The notes: generated from the sequence alone by a model not told the origin. Positions 46,071 through 60,269 are shown, numbered from the stretch's first letter. The stretch: DNA of 64,000 nt from the human T2T-CHM13v2.0 reference genome, Homo sapiens (GCF_009914755.1 NC_060947.1), one strand, 5' to 3'. Numbers and translations are program-made.

Positions 46071-47737
46071 AATAGCATCTTATATTTGCATAGCATTTCA
46101 GCATTTACAAAGCATCTGATCCTGGAAATATGTGATCACCTATATATTACTGATGAAAACATCGTGGCTTAGTGAGATTAAGGTTACAGTTAACAATAGC
46201 AGAACAAAGATCTAAAACAACATTATCTGTCCCTGAGAATAAAACTACTTTCACTCCCCCACCCCCATGCTGCCTCACAAATGCTGACGGCATATTGCCA
46301 GTAACGTATGTGCTGGGAGCACAGGGCTTGTCTCAGAGGAGAAATCCCATGACAATTGCAATAGGAGCCAGAACTGCAGGGATTTCACACAGGTAACAAG
46401 GGGACTTTGCCAACTTCAATGGCTTCAGGCAAACTGGCTATTTCAGGCAAAGAAAGGGTCCTACTGCTAATATACACAAAGCTGAAAATAGGCCTCATGA
46501 TTTCTGAGTGAAGGGAGTAGGTTTATGGAAGATCCCAAAGCTACAGGATCCTGAGATGAGGTGATCATGAAATCCTTCTTTGGTGTGGGTATCAAAGAGT
46601 TCTACCTACCATCTAACTACAAAGAAAAGAACAACTGACTTATTTGTCTCTTATTTTTTTACGTTGTTCCCATTCTCAAGTCTCCCAAACCTATTTTTTT
46701 CTTTCACTCTGATTAAAATTTCTGACATGGACATCAAGGTTCTATGATAATCATATTCCCAAACCTAACTACTCAAAAGAGCTGAATTACAAACTCCCTC
46801 AGAAACTTCCAGCTGCTTCTAGAACCCCAGGACCAGGCATGCCCCTTCTCCTTCAAACCCAGATCAGGAATAAATGTTTTGGGGAATCTCTTCAGACAAG
46901 CTATGCCTGGGTCGCCATGTAATCAGCAGCCCAACTTCTTAACTGGCACCACCTACATCTGGCAAAACTGTGCTCAAGATGTTCATTTCCATTGTTTTAA
47001 TTTCCATGTTATACTGAAGGGGCCTGAAGGGAATGGTTTGCTAACTTCTATGACTACCCAAATTTCCACATAAACGGGTAGTCGGAACTATTGTTGCTTA
47101 AGAGAGCCCTCTGCTGACACAAATTATGTGTGCTCATTCTTTTCCTAAAATCAAACCTCACCAAACCAGACCTATGTCTCGCCAACAGATCCACTGATTA
47201 CTAAATATGTCTTGTAGCACATGCATGGCGTCTCTGCTTAAAGACTGTGTGTCACTGTGGCAGGCTGCCATCTAGTCATTAAGGGATCAGCTATGTTGTG
47301 GCATAGAGGGAAGTTCTTCTGCTTAGTACAGTCTCCAGTTAAAAGTTGTTAAGGCAGATGCCTAAGAATGAAGTGCCTGAAAACACTTGTTTGCACATAT
47401 GGTCTTGGGCAGGTTTGGGACTCACAGGGGTCTTACAGAGGAAGAGGTTTCAGAGACTCATGTCGATTTTCCTTTTAATATTTTGTTAAAATTTCATTAT
47501 AACAATATTTAATTAAGCAGCTGACACCTTTTTATGGGTACGTTATTATTATGATTCCCTGATTCAATTCACTGTAGATTTAATTTCTCAAACTTTGAGT
47601 GAGTGTGATCATTGAACTTGATGTTATTGGGCCCCAGGCCCCAGGATTTTGGACATCAAGAAGCAATAAAACATTTTAAAATAAAGGGGTCTGAGAGAGG
47701 GATGCCAATTTTTTGCCTTCCTTAGTCTTTTAAAAAT

Positions 47738-48075
47738 AAAAGTTAAATTTTGGAATAATTTTTAAGTTTACATAACAATTGTAAAGATAGTATGGAGAGT
47801 CCACCCAGCTTCTCCTGCCATTAACATATTATATAACCTCAGAACATTTGCCAAGACTAAGAAACCAATGTTGATACACTGCCATTAACTAAAGTATATC
47901 ACTTATGTGGCTTTCACCAGTTTTTCTATGAATATCCATTTTTGGTTCAGGATCCATGTCATCATGTCCCCTTGGTTTCTTCCATCTGTGACAGTTTCTC
48001 ACTCTTTCCTTGTTTTTCATGAGCTTGATAATTTTGAAGAGTACTGGTGAAGTATTTTATAGAATACTCCTCAAT
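47738..48075 (-). mobile_element. L1MC-type 3' end
   Basis: aattttggaataattttaagtttaca...aaagatagtatggagagt. Confidence 0.65.
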
Positions 48076-49497
48076 GGTGGGTGGTGGTGCCAACTTTTAA
48101 ATTCAGATTGTGAAAGGTAAAAATTATCTACTATGGTCATCATTTCATAAAAGAAAGGCCATTCTAACAACCAAAAAAAGGAAGAATAGCAATATCTGAA
48201 TAAAGAACAGTCTTTTAAATAAAATAAATTTATCTCTAGGAAAAGGCCCACTACTTTGCTAATCATTCCTCCCTCCCCTTTCTTTTTCTTTCTTTCGTTC
48301 TGGCCCACCCAAGATAAAATGTCATTACAAACTCACAAACAGGAAGTCAGGAATCACCTAGAAGGAACACAGTGGTCATTGCTTCCATACCTTCAGGGAG
48401 CTACCACTCTAGCAGAAGATAAACCACTAAAATATGCAGACAAGAGAAATGAAAGCTAAAGAGAAGTACAAGCAAATCTAGAAGAAAGATTGATTGTGAC
48501 AAAGATTCCAGAGGAATGAGGGAGTAATTCGTGGAGGAGGAATCCTCCCAGGTGGGTCTTAAAAAGAAGAAATTTGGGGGAAAAAATTAAGGTAGGGTGG
48601 GGAGAAAAGGTATACAGAAAGAGGGAAAAATTAGGTTGTAGTAAGTTATAAGCGACTGAAACATGAATTTATTATCATGTTACTACTAGATCATGAACAG
48701 TGTTGCAGCTATAAGAAGTAAGGTAAATGATTGTCCTTAAATAGCCAGGTACAATCAACCTAACCCATTTCCTCATTATACTGGAAGTTCAGAGGACAAG
48801 TGAGAGCACTATTTTGGACTTACAGATAGGAAAATTCAGATCCCTGGACCATGAAAGCATAGGTCCCACAGTAAGTGAGTGGCAGAAGGAGTATGGGGTG
48901 TTTATTCATAGTTTTATGGTCTATGTCACCTGCACAATCTCATTTCTAATGGTATTAAAAATCTTTTAATCATCTGAATGTGTCAAAGTATTGAGAAAAT
49001 ATCAGATATATAGAAAGGGAACTTTGTTCCAGAAGGAGTGGTAGCAAAAAAGAGTGGACAAATGTGGGCCTGGGATCATATGGGCCCACCAAATCTTGCT
49101 CTGTATGGCCTGTGTGAACTTCGCAAGTCACCGCCTCCCTGAACCTTAGTTTCCTCATGTGTAAAATGGGGGAGATAACAATTTTTACTTTTCAAGATTG
49201 TTTTGAGGCTTACAGGTAACGTATCAACATATGAAGCTTCTCATATATCAGTAGTTAATACTGTTGCATGGCAAATTTCCTTCAAGTTTAATCCCGTGTA
49301 GTCAGGCCTGTGATTCTAAGAGTCTGTTGATTGGATGACTCTGAAGCAGCTTTGTTAATAGTGTGGACAATTTGCATGAAGCTTTTTATCATTTAATGAT
49401 CTATGTTAATTTACTTTGGACTTATTTCTCGTTTCACTTGAAAAGCTTTATTTTATATTTGGTGATATAAAATAATGTTTTAATGATTGGCTTATAG

Positions 49498-49904
<407 letters not shown>

Positions 49905-50039
49905 TAGCCTTTAAGACATGAATGGTTTTTGTTTGTAATTGCAATGTGGTGTGGGTAGGATGTATAGGGAAATTTGTTGGGAATTTATTTGGACTACTTT
50001 CAAAGAATATTTCAGTTAAATTTCTACTCTCCCTCATGT

Positions 50040-50286
50040 GACCTACGCTTGTTAACACAGACGAGGCTTTAATTCTTTGCTGTGGGAAGTGGCCTGTGCA
50101 CTGTAGGAGGTTTGGCAGCATCCCTGGCCTCTACCCACTAGATGGCAGTAGCACTCCCCAGTTGTGACACTCAGAAATGACTACAGAAATTGCAAATGAG
50201 TCGCTTCTTGGGCTTTTGGCTAAGATCAAATGTAGAAATTGCCATATGACCCAGATGGACAAATCACCTCCAGTTGAGAACCACTG
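50040..50286. mobile_element. MER20 hosting the U2 fragment
   Basis: gcagcatccctggcctctacccactagat ... gttgagaaccactg. Confidence 0.85.
50200..50235 (+). pseudogene. 3'-truncated U2 snRNA retrocopy (nt 1-36)
   Basis: gtcgcttcttgggcttttggctaagatcaaatgtag matches U2 5' end ATCGCTTCTCGGCCTTTTGGCTAAGATCAAGTGTAG at 32/36; flanked by imperfect direct repeats. Confidence 0.88.
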
Positions 50287-51334
50287 ACATAGACAGCACT
50301 CCACAAAAAGCAGAACTTTTAGGCTACAGATGGTTTTATTTTAACGTGATTGTGTTAAGTTGACAGTTTCAGGATGTGAAATATTGTTCATTCATCTATA
50401 GCTAGAGATCAAGCTTGGGCTTCGAAGCTTGGGCCTTCCCCAATAATGGCCCAACCTAAAATTTTAGACCCTATAATACTCCTCCACCTCCCATCCTTCC
50501 ACATCCCATTTGTAAGCCCGATTAGATGACTCACTGTTTCTACTATATCCCCATACCGCGACTTTCACCTTTACCTCCACTATCCAGAGAGTCAAATCTT
50601 ACTTATTGGTTAAGGCCTTACTAAATGGGCAAATTTTCCCTGAAGCCCTCCCAGATCCTTCTGTTAGAAGGGATAGCTTCTGCCTCAAAACATGAAACTT
50701 CTTCAACTATACCCATCTTGTTCCTCCTTAATTATTTTCTAACTTTCATGCAATTTGAAAGTCCTCTGCCTCCACTTCTAAACTCATGAGTGCACTCACT
50801 ATTTTAATATCCTTTCAGCTAGGCAACGTGTTGTGGAGGAGAAAGTTATGCTTTTGATTTAAGGCACTCCTAAATCTCATGCGCCCCTCTAATGGTGCAC
50901 AGATGTTTTCTAGAGAAAGTCCTCATCCCCATTACACAATGGCATATATTATTAGCTTATCTGGTTGACAGGAATAGAACACAGGTAAGGTTCACTTTAT
51001 CTGGAGAGGGCAAACCCAAGTAGGAGGCCTCAGCAAGAGTTCCTGGAGAACAAGTGATCATCAGGACCTTCACTAACCATGAGGGCACAGTTCATCTTTA
51101 AATATCTGAATGGCTGGTATGCGAAGAAGAAATTTTGAAAACATGAATTTCTTAAATAATTAACAAATACAACTGAACATTCTAAAGGTACAAAGAGAAA
51201 AAAAGGGTTCAGCGAAAACCAATAATCTTGTCCACAACTTTCCCTTGTCACCCGCTAACCTTCCCTAGAGGTCACATTACAAGTTTCTTGGGGATCCTTT
51301 CAGAGATAATCCAGGCAAGTCTATGAATAAAGGT

Positions 51335-51720
51335 GTAAATGGAAACAACCCAAGTGTCCACCAATGGATGACCGGATAACAAAATGTGGTCTATCCATAC
51401 AATAGAATATCCATACGATACAATAGAATATTAGTCAGGCATATAAAGAAATATATATGCTACAAACTGAATGAACCTTGAAAACATTATGCTAAGTGAA
51501 AGAGACCAACCACAAAAGGCCACATACCATATGATTCCTTTTATATAAAATAGTCAGAATAGACAAATAAATAGAGACAGAAAGTGTGGTTCCTAGGAGC
51601 TGGAGGAAGGAAGAATGAGAAAAGACTGATAATGAGTTCAGGTTTACTTTCTGGGCTGATGAAAGTGTTCTGGAATCAGCAGTGATGGTTGTGCAATCCT
51701 ATAAGTACATAAACCACTAC
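51335..51720 (+). mobile_element. L1MB-type 3' end
   Basis: tggaaacaacccaagtgtcca...tgaaccttgaaaacattatgctaagtgaaag. Confidence 0.8.
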
Positions 51721-52102
51721 TTTTTAAAAAGCTTTGTAAATACATATTTGTACCTGTTATGATGTGTTCATTTTCTCTTTAAACACCATCTTCTTTGGGT
51801 ACTATAACATGTATTTTGTAATTTTATTTTATTTGCATCAGGATAGTCTGTAGAAATAATCATTCATTATAATAATCCATCTTCCCCACAATAAACTTGG
51901 CAATAAGCCATTTAAAAAAGAAAAAAGGCATAGTTTTTGCTTTTTATATAAATGCTACACTATGCCACAAGAATTGTGCACCTTGCCTCTGTCACTTTCC
52001 AAATATCATCAAGATTGTTCTATATTAGGACCTATCAAGCCATGTCATTCTCCTTAATGACTGCATGGTAAGCCATGCTATTGGACACATATATTTAAAG
52101 TA

Positions 52103-52322
52103 CTGGTTCTCAGCCAGGGGTGATTTTGCCCTCTCTCACACCCCCAGAGGACAGTTGACAATGTCTGGAGACTTTTTTTTATTGTCACAACTGGGTGTAG
52201 GCAGATGCAATTGGCACCGAGTGGGTAGAGGCCAAGGACGTTGCTAAACATCCTGCAATGCGTGGAACAGCCCCCCCATAGCAAAGAATTATGCATCCAA
52301 AAAGTCACTAGTTGTGGAGGTT
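52103..52322. mobile_element. MER20-like, opposite orientation to the copy at 50040
   Basis: tggttctcagccaggggtgattttgccc...caatgtctggagac. Confidence 0.8.
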
Positions 52323-52477
52323 AAAAAAAACAATCTAAACAGTTTATGATTGACGAATATTTAAATTGGCTACAATATTTGTCTTTATAGATAATGCTGC
52401 ATAACATTCCATCTTTCAAATATATAATTTTCTTATAGATAATTTCTAGATATATAATTATTCCTCTACTATTTTGA

Positions 52478-52797
<320 letters not shown>

Positions 52798-52981
52798 CTC
52801 TGTTTTTTATTTTTTAAAAACTGTACCAGAATAAACATTTGTTAATAAGCCTTTCTTCTTACTTTGGATTTTTCCCATAAATAGAGTCATAGAAGTAGGG
52901 TTACTGGGTTAAAGGAGAATAACTTTTTTCTAGGGAATTATATCGGGTTCTTACTGCCATTATGAATACGATGCTTTCCCC

Positions 52982-53406
52982 TGTTAAAAGAAAACTTCGG
53001 ACAAATTAAATTTAACAGAGTTTAACGGACCAAGAAAAAAAAATGATTAGCAGATCTGGCAGTCTCCAGAATCACAGCAGATTCAGAGAGACTCCAGGGA
53101 TGCCACGTGGTCAGAACAAATTTATAGACAACAAAAGGAAAGTGACATACAGAAATCAGAAGTGAGGTACAGAAACAGCTGGACTGGTTCAAACAAGTGT
53201 TTGCCTTGTTTGAACACTCAGCAGTGTATGAGTGGTTGAAGTATGGCTGCTGGGATTAGCCAAGACCCAGCTATTGTTACAGGCACATACTTCTAAGTTA
53301 GGTTTTCAATATTGTCTATCTATTAATTTAGGTTATGGTGCGTCCACAAGGACTCAAATATAGAAATACAGAGTCCTTCTCAAGCCATATTTAGTTTGCT
53401 TTAACA
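52982..53406 (-). mobile_element. MER57-type ERV1 solo LTR
   Basis: tgttaaa...tttaaca termini; ccacaaggactcaaatatagaa motif. Confidence 0.85.
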
Positions 53407-54403
53407 CCACCATTACATCTGATTATTGCTTTTAAGCAGGAGAATTATTGATTTTTCATAGTTATTTTATATCCAGCCATTTACTAATAGGTTTTGGTTG
53501 ACATTCTTAGTACAGTGGTGCCAAGGGGTGTCTTGAGAGTAGAGGTGGCTTTAGCTTCCTTCTTATATCTGTTACCTTCACTCTCAAATCATGCCAAATG
53601 AATATATATGCTAAGATTTGTGTGCTTCACTGTAATCACAACTTCAGGACAAATCCTGAGCCTTCCTCCCTCCTCCAGTCATATCAACAACCAAAGCCAC
53701 ATTAAGCCACTGTGAGTTTCATTCTTATTTTATTACCTACAAATAATTTTTCTCCTCCTTTCCAACACTGTAACTCTTACTTATTAATAGCTTCAAAGTT
53801 TCCAGAACCATATTAAACTGTGATGGTACTGGTAGACAGTCTTGTCTTCTTTCTCATATTAATAGGAATATAGCTAATATCTCAGTGTTAAATATAACAA
53901 AAGATGCTCCCTGAACAATAGAGAGTCTTTATGATATTGAAAAAGTATCCTTTCCCGGTTTTCCAAAATGGATGTTGAATTTAATCAAGTTTTTTTTTTC
54001 AGCCTTGATGGTAGGGTTTGCTTTTGAAAGTGGTGCACAGCAAGCTAGAAAAAAAAACAGGCTATGTGGGAGGTGGGAGGTTTGAATCGGGTCATAAGTT
54101 TTAGGTGTGAATCACCAGGACCTTTCCCTTCCTCTCCTGGGTATTGTTCAGGCATTGCACGCAAACACTGTCGGCTACCAACAAGTAATTATGAGCGTGG
54201 CTTTTCTGATGGACACACCCTTGGAAACAGGGTGGTTTTGTTCTCGTGAACAAAATCAAAGAACTTGCTGAGGCTTGTAGTGAAAAAATTTTAAAAACAC
54301 TTCTCAGCCTAACTGAGAACACAGTAGACAAGGCCATCCTAAAATGTCCCTGAAAAGCAGGCAGGATGGTTTTCTCCTAATAGTTCCTAAGTTTAATTAA
54401 ACA

Positions 54404-54490
54404 GGAGTGACCAGTCATCTCAGTTTGCTAAGGACTGAGAGGTTCCTGGGGACAGGAGCCTTTCAGTGCTAAAACCTGAAAAGTCCAGAG
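54404..54490. mobile_element. MER94-like fragment
   Basis: gtgaccagtcatctcagtttgc...ttcagtgctaaaacc. Confidence 0.6.
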
Positions 54491-56229
54491 GCTATCATTT
54501 AAGGATGATTTCAAAAGGCACAACACATGTTTCTTCCTAAGGTAGGTGAGAGGTTCATCAACGGAGTCCGATCTATAAGTACCTCCTTTTTCGAGCTAAA
54601 CTTTAGCGGGACTTTCCCATGTCTCTGATTGTTCTTTGTTTCTGATAACTGAAGTTGCCCTAAACAAATCACAATATCAGGCCTGACCAGAAACAGGGTA
54701 AATGCAGAAGTATTTCACCTTTTACCACTCAGGCCTTTTGAAAAACAATCCTCCCCAGAAAACAAACTCCTGGTAGGAAAAACTGAATGCATTTCTCCTT
54801 TTGTGTTGTGACCACCAGCTGTGCCTCTTCCCTAGAGTACGCCTTCTCAATTTTCAGGCAAATTTTTAATAGAAAATATATAGCTATTCAAACCTAAGAG
54901 TTAAGTTTAAAAATGGCTTAGCCATTAACCCAGTAAAATTGGGTTCTCTCTCTTACTTATCTCATAGAATCGTATTTCTGATTTGGAAGATCTAGACCAG
55001 CATTTCTCAAATTTTAATGTGTATATCAATCATTTGATGATGTAGAAATGTAGATTCTGATCCAGAGCTCTGAAGTGGAGACTGAGGCTACAAATGATAA
55101 CACTGCTGGTTCATGGGTCACACCTGAGATAATGAGAATTTTATAGAATAATATTTTCCACATTTCTTTGATCATGTATCACTACCAGTTAAAATAAATG
55201 TGAGTGTGCACTCAAAATATGTATATTAGTTACATTTTATACTCATGTGTTAGTAAAATTTCATTTTTATTAAAAAATAAATAAATGGGAGCTCCAGCAC
55301 ATCACTATTTTGAGGACCTTGATCCTGATAACACATCAAGTATGTGACCATTCAGTACATGCTTATGTTGTTCCAGTGCATGCTTATATTAGTTATTCTA
55401 TCTTTGCATAACTAATTGTTACAAAGTTCTTCCTTCTATTTTGTATCTATGCTTTGTATTCAAAAGTTTACCTCTGAAGGCATACAAAACAAGCCCAATC
55501 CCTCTTAACACTATTGCAATTCCTATCACTGAAAATGATCTGACTTCCTTAATATATGAAGACCTTCTATAAAATAATAAAAAGAATACCAGCAACCCAG
55601 CAGGAAAAAAAAAAGCCAAGAATATTAAATATGTATGGTGAATGAATGTTTTAAAATGAAAACAAAATCAATCTCGCTCAAATAAGAGAAATATAAATTA
55701 AAACTATCATAAAGCATTATTTTTCACTTGTAAAAATGGCAAAGGTAAGAAAAGTCGAATAAATACATTTATGTTGCTGATGTTGAGGGAAAACAGGAAC
55801 CTTCAGAACACATCATTGTGGTGATATCAGTTGGTACAACCATCATGGCAGATGCTTAATGAGGCCATTAAAATTAGTTTTTTAAATAATATTTTTTAAA
55901 TGCTTATAGTATAATACTAAGCTAACAAAAAGATGCAAAACATAGTGTGGTACCAGAAAAAAAGTACTGAATGAAAATATATCAAAATAAAAACAATAGC
56001 TATTTCTGGATGGTGAGCTAACATCACAGGTGATTCTAAATTTGTTCTTTATTCTAGTCAGCATTTTCAAAATGTACAAGCCTGTATAATTTAGAAAATG
56101 CTCCAGGGAGGTGATGAGAGAGTACAAGTGGGGCTGGCTTTAAATTTCAGCCTTTTAAAGCTCACATTAAGAGATAATGGCTTACCACTTGAGTCTCTGG
56201 CTTACCTACACTCCTGAGGAAAACTGATA

Positions 56230-56845
56230 CAGTTGATTCTCATCATTTTTATAGAAAAAATGTTCTATATAGTTGCCATGATCACTGAATTAGAGAATAC
56301 TAGACCATTGCTCCTAGGATAAATACAGGATTGTGTTCCTGCAAGCCTCTGGTCACAATATTTTGCTCAGTTGATCAATACATGACTTTGTTTTATGTTT
56401 ATTTCTCTTTAAAGACACCTTATTTAACAAATATTGTTGATTAATTAACATTGAACTCTAGGCCAAGAGTGTTACAACTCATACCTGAATAAAGTTTATC
56501 TAAGACAGATATTTTCTCCGTAAGGCACATTTCAGCCTTCTTACACTTAGGAACACTAGACAGCATTAGTGTATTGTGTGTGGGAGCCATTTTAAACAGT
56601 GAAATTACCCACACAAAGCACAAAAGTGTGGACAAAGTGGCACTAAATACACTGTGAAAGGTCACTTTCTTGTGAAACAAGAAAAAAAGAGCATCGCTTC
56701 ATTCAACCTCAGCTGGGAATGTGTGCATTGGGCAGCTCAAATTTTTTGCCACTCTACACATGCCCACAAATTACTACAAAAGCACCACAGGTACTGATTT
56801 GGGGGTTACAAATGAATTTTAGGAAGTAAATGAACTGACAAATAA
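56230..56845 (-). mobile_element. MER82-like Tigger derivative
   Basis: ta|cagttgattctcat terminus; ORF 56441..56680 resembles a Tigger N-terminal HTH (CLTEKISVLDKLYSGMS...EFNVN). Confidence 0.8.
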
Positions 56846-58283
56846 TTACAGTTACAGTTTTAAAGAAAATTCTTAAAAGAGCCAAACACTAATATTCTAC
56901 AGCTGCACTCCTTGAGGGAGTTGCTTAAAGCTGAGTACCTTATAATTTATAAAGTATTCCCCCCCCCCCAGAAAGCATTTTCCATAATGGAAATCAAAGT
57001 AATATATTTAATCATTCATTTTATTTAATATATTCATTGTCTTCAACTTTTTATTATCCAATTAAATTCAGCCAGTAGTTACTATCTCCACATAGAGAAC
57101 ACAGAGAATGATCTCAGCTGAAGCAATTTATGATCCTCTTGGGTATGTGAGGGGAGGTTGAGGCAATCCCCAATTCTAATGCAAGACAGATAGAATACAA
57201 TCAAGGTCATCAAAAAGGCATAATGTGCATGAGACTGGTAAAAATATAATGCGATGAGGACCAAATGAAGGAGAAAGTGCATCCTCTTGGGATTGTCTGC
57301 AAAATTTGATGGAGCTGGTGATATCCGAAAAGACCTTGAAGGATTAGTAAGGTGGTAAGTGGAGCTATGGGATGGAGCACACAAGAAGTAGCTCGAGCAG
57401 GAGCACAGAGTGGAGACATCTTCCAGGAACAGGGTCAGAATCCAGTATGAGTGTAGGGTAGGTGAAAGGAATGGCTTCCATTATTGCTGCAAAGCAAGCC
57501 ACAGCGCCTTCAACGTGTTAGCAGAGAAGGGAACTGGAAGGCGAATGGCTAAATGAGGAAGGGAAAAGAGTCCAACTACCCTGATCCTACTTCCAGAAAC
57601 TTCTTGGTTCATTATCCCTTTACACTGTGGTGGTGCCCTTTCCCAAACATCTTTAACCTCCTTAACTAGACTGCATATGAGGCAAGCAGGGATCATGCCT
57701 CACCCTTCTTTAGCCTCCCTCCCTCTGCCTTCTGCTCACACTTCCCAACACACAACACACCCTAACATACAAAAGATCACCCTACACCAACGCCTGCATA
57801 TCGCCAGCCTTCAATAAATATTTACTCATTCACTAATTGGGTTTATAAACACACTGAGCCTTTAACAAGCCCTGGTCTCTTCCCTACTAATGCAGGTTGT
57901 TCTGGTGAGTAGATGGTTAAACATTGTAACTAGGAAGTAACGATCCCTGAGCTTCCACAGAATATATGTGTGTGGACAATGAGAATCTTTGAAAGTGCCA
58001 CAATATTATGTTACACATTTTATTTCTGTATCTAACTAAAGCTGAATATTAAGTGTTCAGTAGAATCTCTAAATTTTGCAATTAAACTAGTAAATGTATA
58101 TGTATGTCCTTAAAATCCTAATTTTTAGGCTATGTTATATTTGGGCCCCTTGATTCTATAATTCCTTAGAAGTTAGTATAAATACTCTTGTAGTTCTTAG
58201 ATTGTTTTTTGGAGTTTATAATATTACAGGAGGTTACACACATCTGAACATTCTTGGATAGAAACAAGATAGAAACAGGTTTT

Positions 58284-58354
58284 TTTCTTTCTTTTTTTTT
58301 TTTTCTAAGACAAGGTCTCACTCTGTTGCCCAAAATGGAGCGTAGTGACATGAT
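58284..58354 (-). mobile_element. Severely 5'-truncated Alu (~50 nt plus tail)
   Basis: agacaaggtctcactctgttgccca; TSD tagaaacaggtttt (58270-58283 / 58355-58368). Confidence 0.85.
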
Positions 58355-58672
58355 TAGAAACAGGTTTTCTATATAAAAAAGTATTTTAATCACAAATAGT
58401 TTATTCTATCCCCAATGAATTATTTTAATTACAAAAATATTTTAATAAGCCAACTTATTAACTGCACAAATAGGAATGTTTTTGGTGGCATAAATTCAAA
58501 GAATACTAAAAACAGTAAATATTTAAATTTGAGTATATCTTATGTAAAATAGCCTGCAACTTATAAATGAATTTTTAGCCTATTATTTATTGCTTTTAAA
58601 ATTGAATTTTCTATTAGAAGAAAGAGGTATGTTTCAAAATACACACTTCTGCAGTCAAATTATTGTACTTAC

Positions 58673-58765
58673 TGTTTCAAAACCTCGATGTGGATGATCA
58701 GGAAATCCTCCTGGTCTACCTCCTTTAAATTCATCAAACAGTAAAAACGGATCCAGATTTTTTAA
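58673..58765 (-). CDS. PIR: Pirin coding exon (exon 3), aa ~33-63
   Basis: Minus strand translates [31 protein letters not shown] (cupin HPHRGFET motif, His56/His58); acceptor tttcag at 58766-58771, donor gtaagt at 58667-58672; 93 nt. Confidence 0.97.
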
Positions 58766-58926
58766 CTGAAATAAAAATAAAATTTGCAGATTAGATATGT
58801 CTTTTAAGCCATACTACCAGGGGCTACATTTATGAACAGATCTAGCAAGCCTCACTGAAAACTACATAGCCAATGGGCAACTTTTTACAATGAAAATTGC
58901 TTTCAGGAAGAACTTCTTATACACAC

Positions 58927-59299
58927 TGATATGGTTTGGCTCCGTGTCCCCACCCAAATCTCATCTTGTAGCTCCCATAATTCCCGTGTGTTGTGGGAGC
59001 AACTCAGTGGGAGATGACTGAATCATGGGGACAGGTCTTTCCTGTGCTGTTCTTGTGATAGTGAATGGGTCTCACGAGATCTGATGGTTTTAAAAATGGG
59101 AGTTTCTCGGCACAAACTCTTTTTTTTTTTGCCTGCTGCCATCCATATAAGATGTGACTTGCTCCTCCTTGCCTTCCACCATGAATGTGAGGCCTCCCCA
59201 GCCACATGGAGCTGTTTGAGTCCAGTTAAACCTCTTTCTTTTGTAAATTGCCCAGTTTCAGGTATGTCCTTATCAGCAGCATGAAAATGGACTAATACA
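58927..59299 (+). mobile_element. THE1B-like MaLR solo LTR
   Basis: tgatatggtttggct...atggactaataca; 5-bp TSD cacac. Confidence 0.93.
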
Positions 59300-59399
59300 C
59301 ACACACACACAAGGATTTACGGATTGTGTTAGAGAGTTGTCATTTTATGAGAAGCGCAAAGAGTGGACAAACATTTCATAATCATCTAAGATATAAATA

Positions 59400-60260
59400 G
59401 TCAAGTATAAACAAGATGTATTCTGTATCCTAAACAGATTCATAATCTTACAGGGGAACAGACTAGAAAATCAATTATTGCAACAAGATGATAAATGCTT
59501 TGGAGGAAGACAATTTTACACATATGAGAGTGGGAAGGGATCAAAGAAGGTCAGAAAACTCAGGAATATGGCACTTAATCTCTGTCTTGAAGTACATGGT
59601 TGAGTTAATCAAGTAGATGGGAGAAAAAGAGAAGGAAAGATATTCCAGGTAGAAAAGCAGAAAAACAGCTTGGCATGCTTGAAGAACTAAGGGATACTAA
59701 TCTGTTGGGGCAAAAGATGCATATGGAATTATGAGATACATGGGCAGACGATGGAGGACAAGTCCTAAATGAGTTTGGATTTTATCCTGAAGGTGATGGG
59801 AGTTTTCATCAGAGTTTGATATGATCAGATTTAGAAGGATCACTCTGTGGTAAAGGAAGACAGGAAACAAAGAATATCTAGAAGGTTATCTCAAATAGTC
59901 TGAGCAAAGGCAAAGGCCAGAACTAAGGCAATGGCAGTAGTGATGGAGAGTGGTTGAGTGACTGGGTAGATATTTATGAGACAAAAAGGAAGAGCATTAA
60001 CTGACTCCCAAATTTTTAACTATGGTATCTGGGAAGATGGTAGGGCCATTCAGCACTTAAAGAACATAATAGAAGAAGCTGCCTTGAAATAGCTATGATG
60101 ACTTCATTTTAGGTCATACTGAATTTGATATATCCATATAAATGTTATCTGTATAAATAGAACTATTAAGTGCACATTATATTATGCAAAGGCTAGCAGA
60201 CAACTAAAGATCAATCTCAAGCTCAAATGAGAGGTAGAAACATATCTGGTTGTCATCAAC
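59400..60260 (-). mobile_element. L2
   Basis: gagtttggattttatcctgaaggtgatgggag; atgatcagattt; tgactccca. Confidence 0.65.
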
Positions 60261-60269
60261 ATATGTTTG

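Noticed and set aside
50411-50434. aagcttgggc duplicated around ttcg (two HindIII sites, linker-like)
   Set aside because: Too short to call a cloning artefact or element; consistent with a small local duplication
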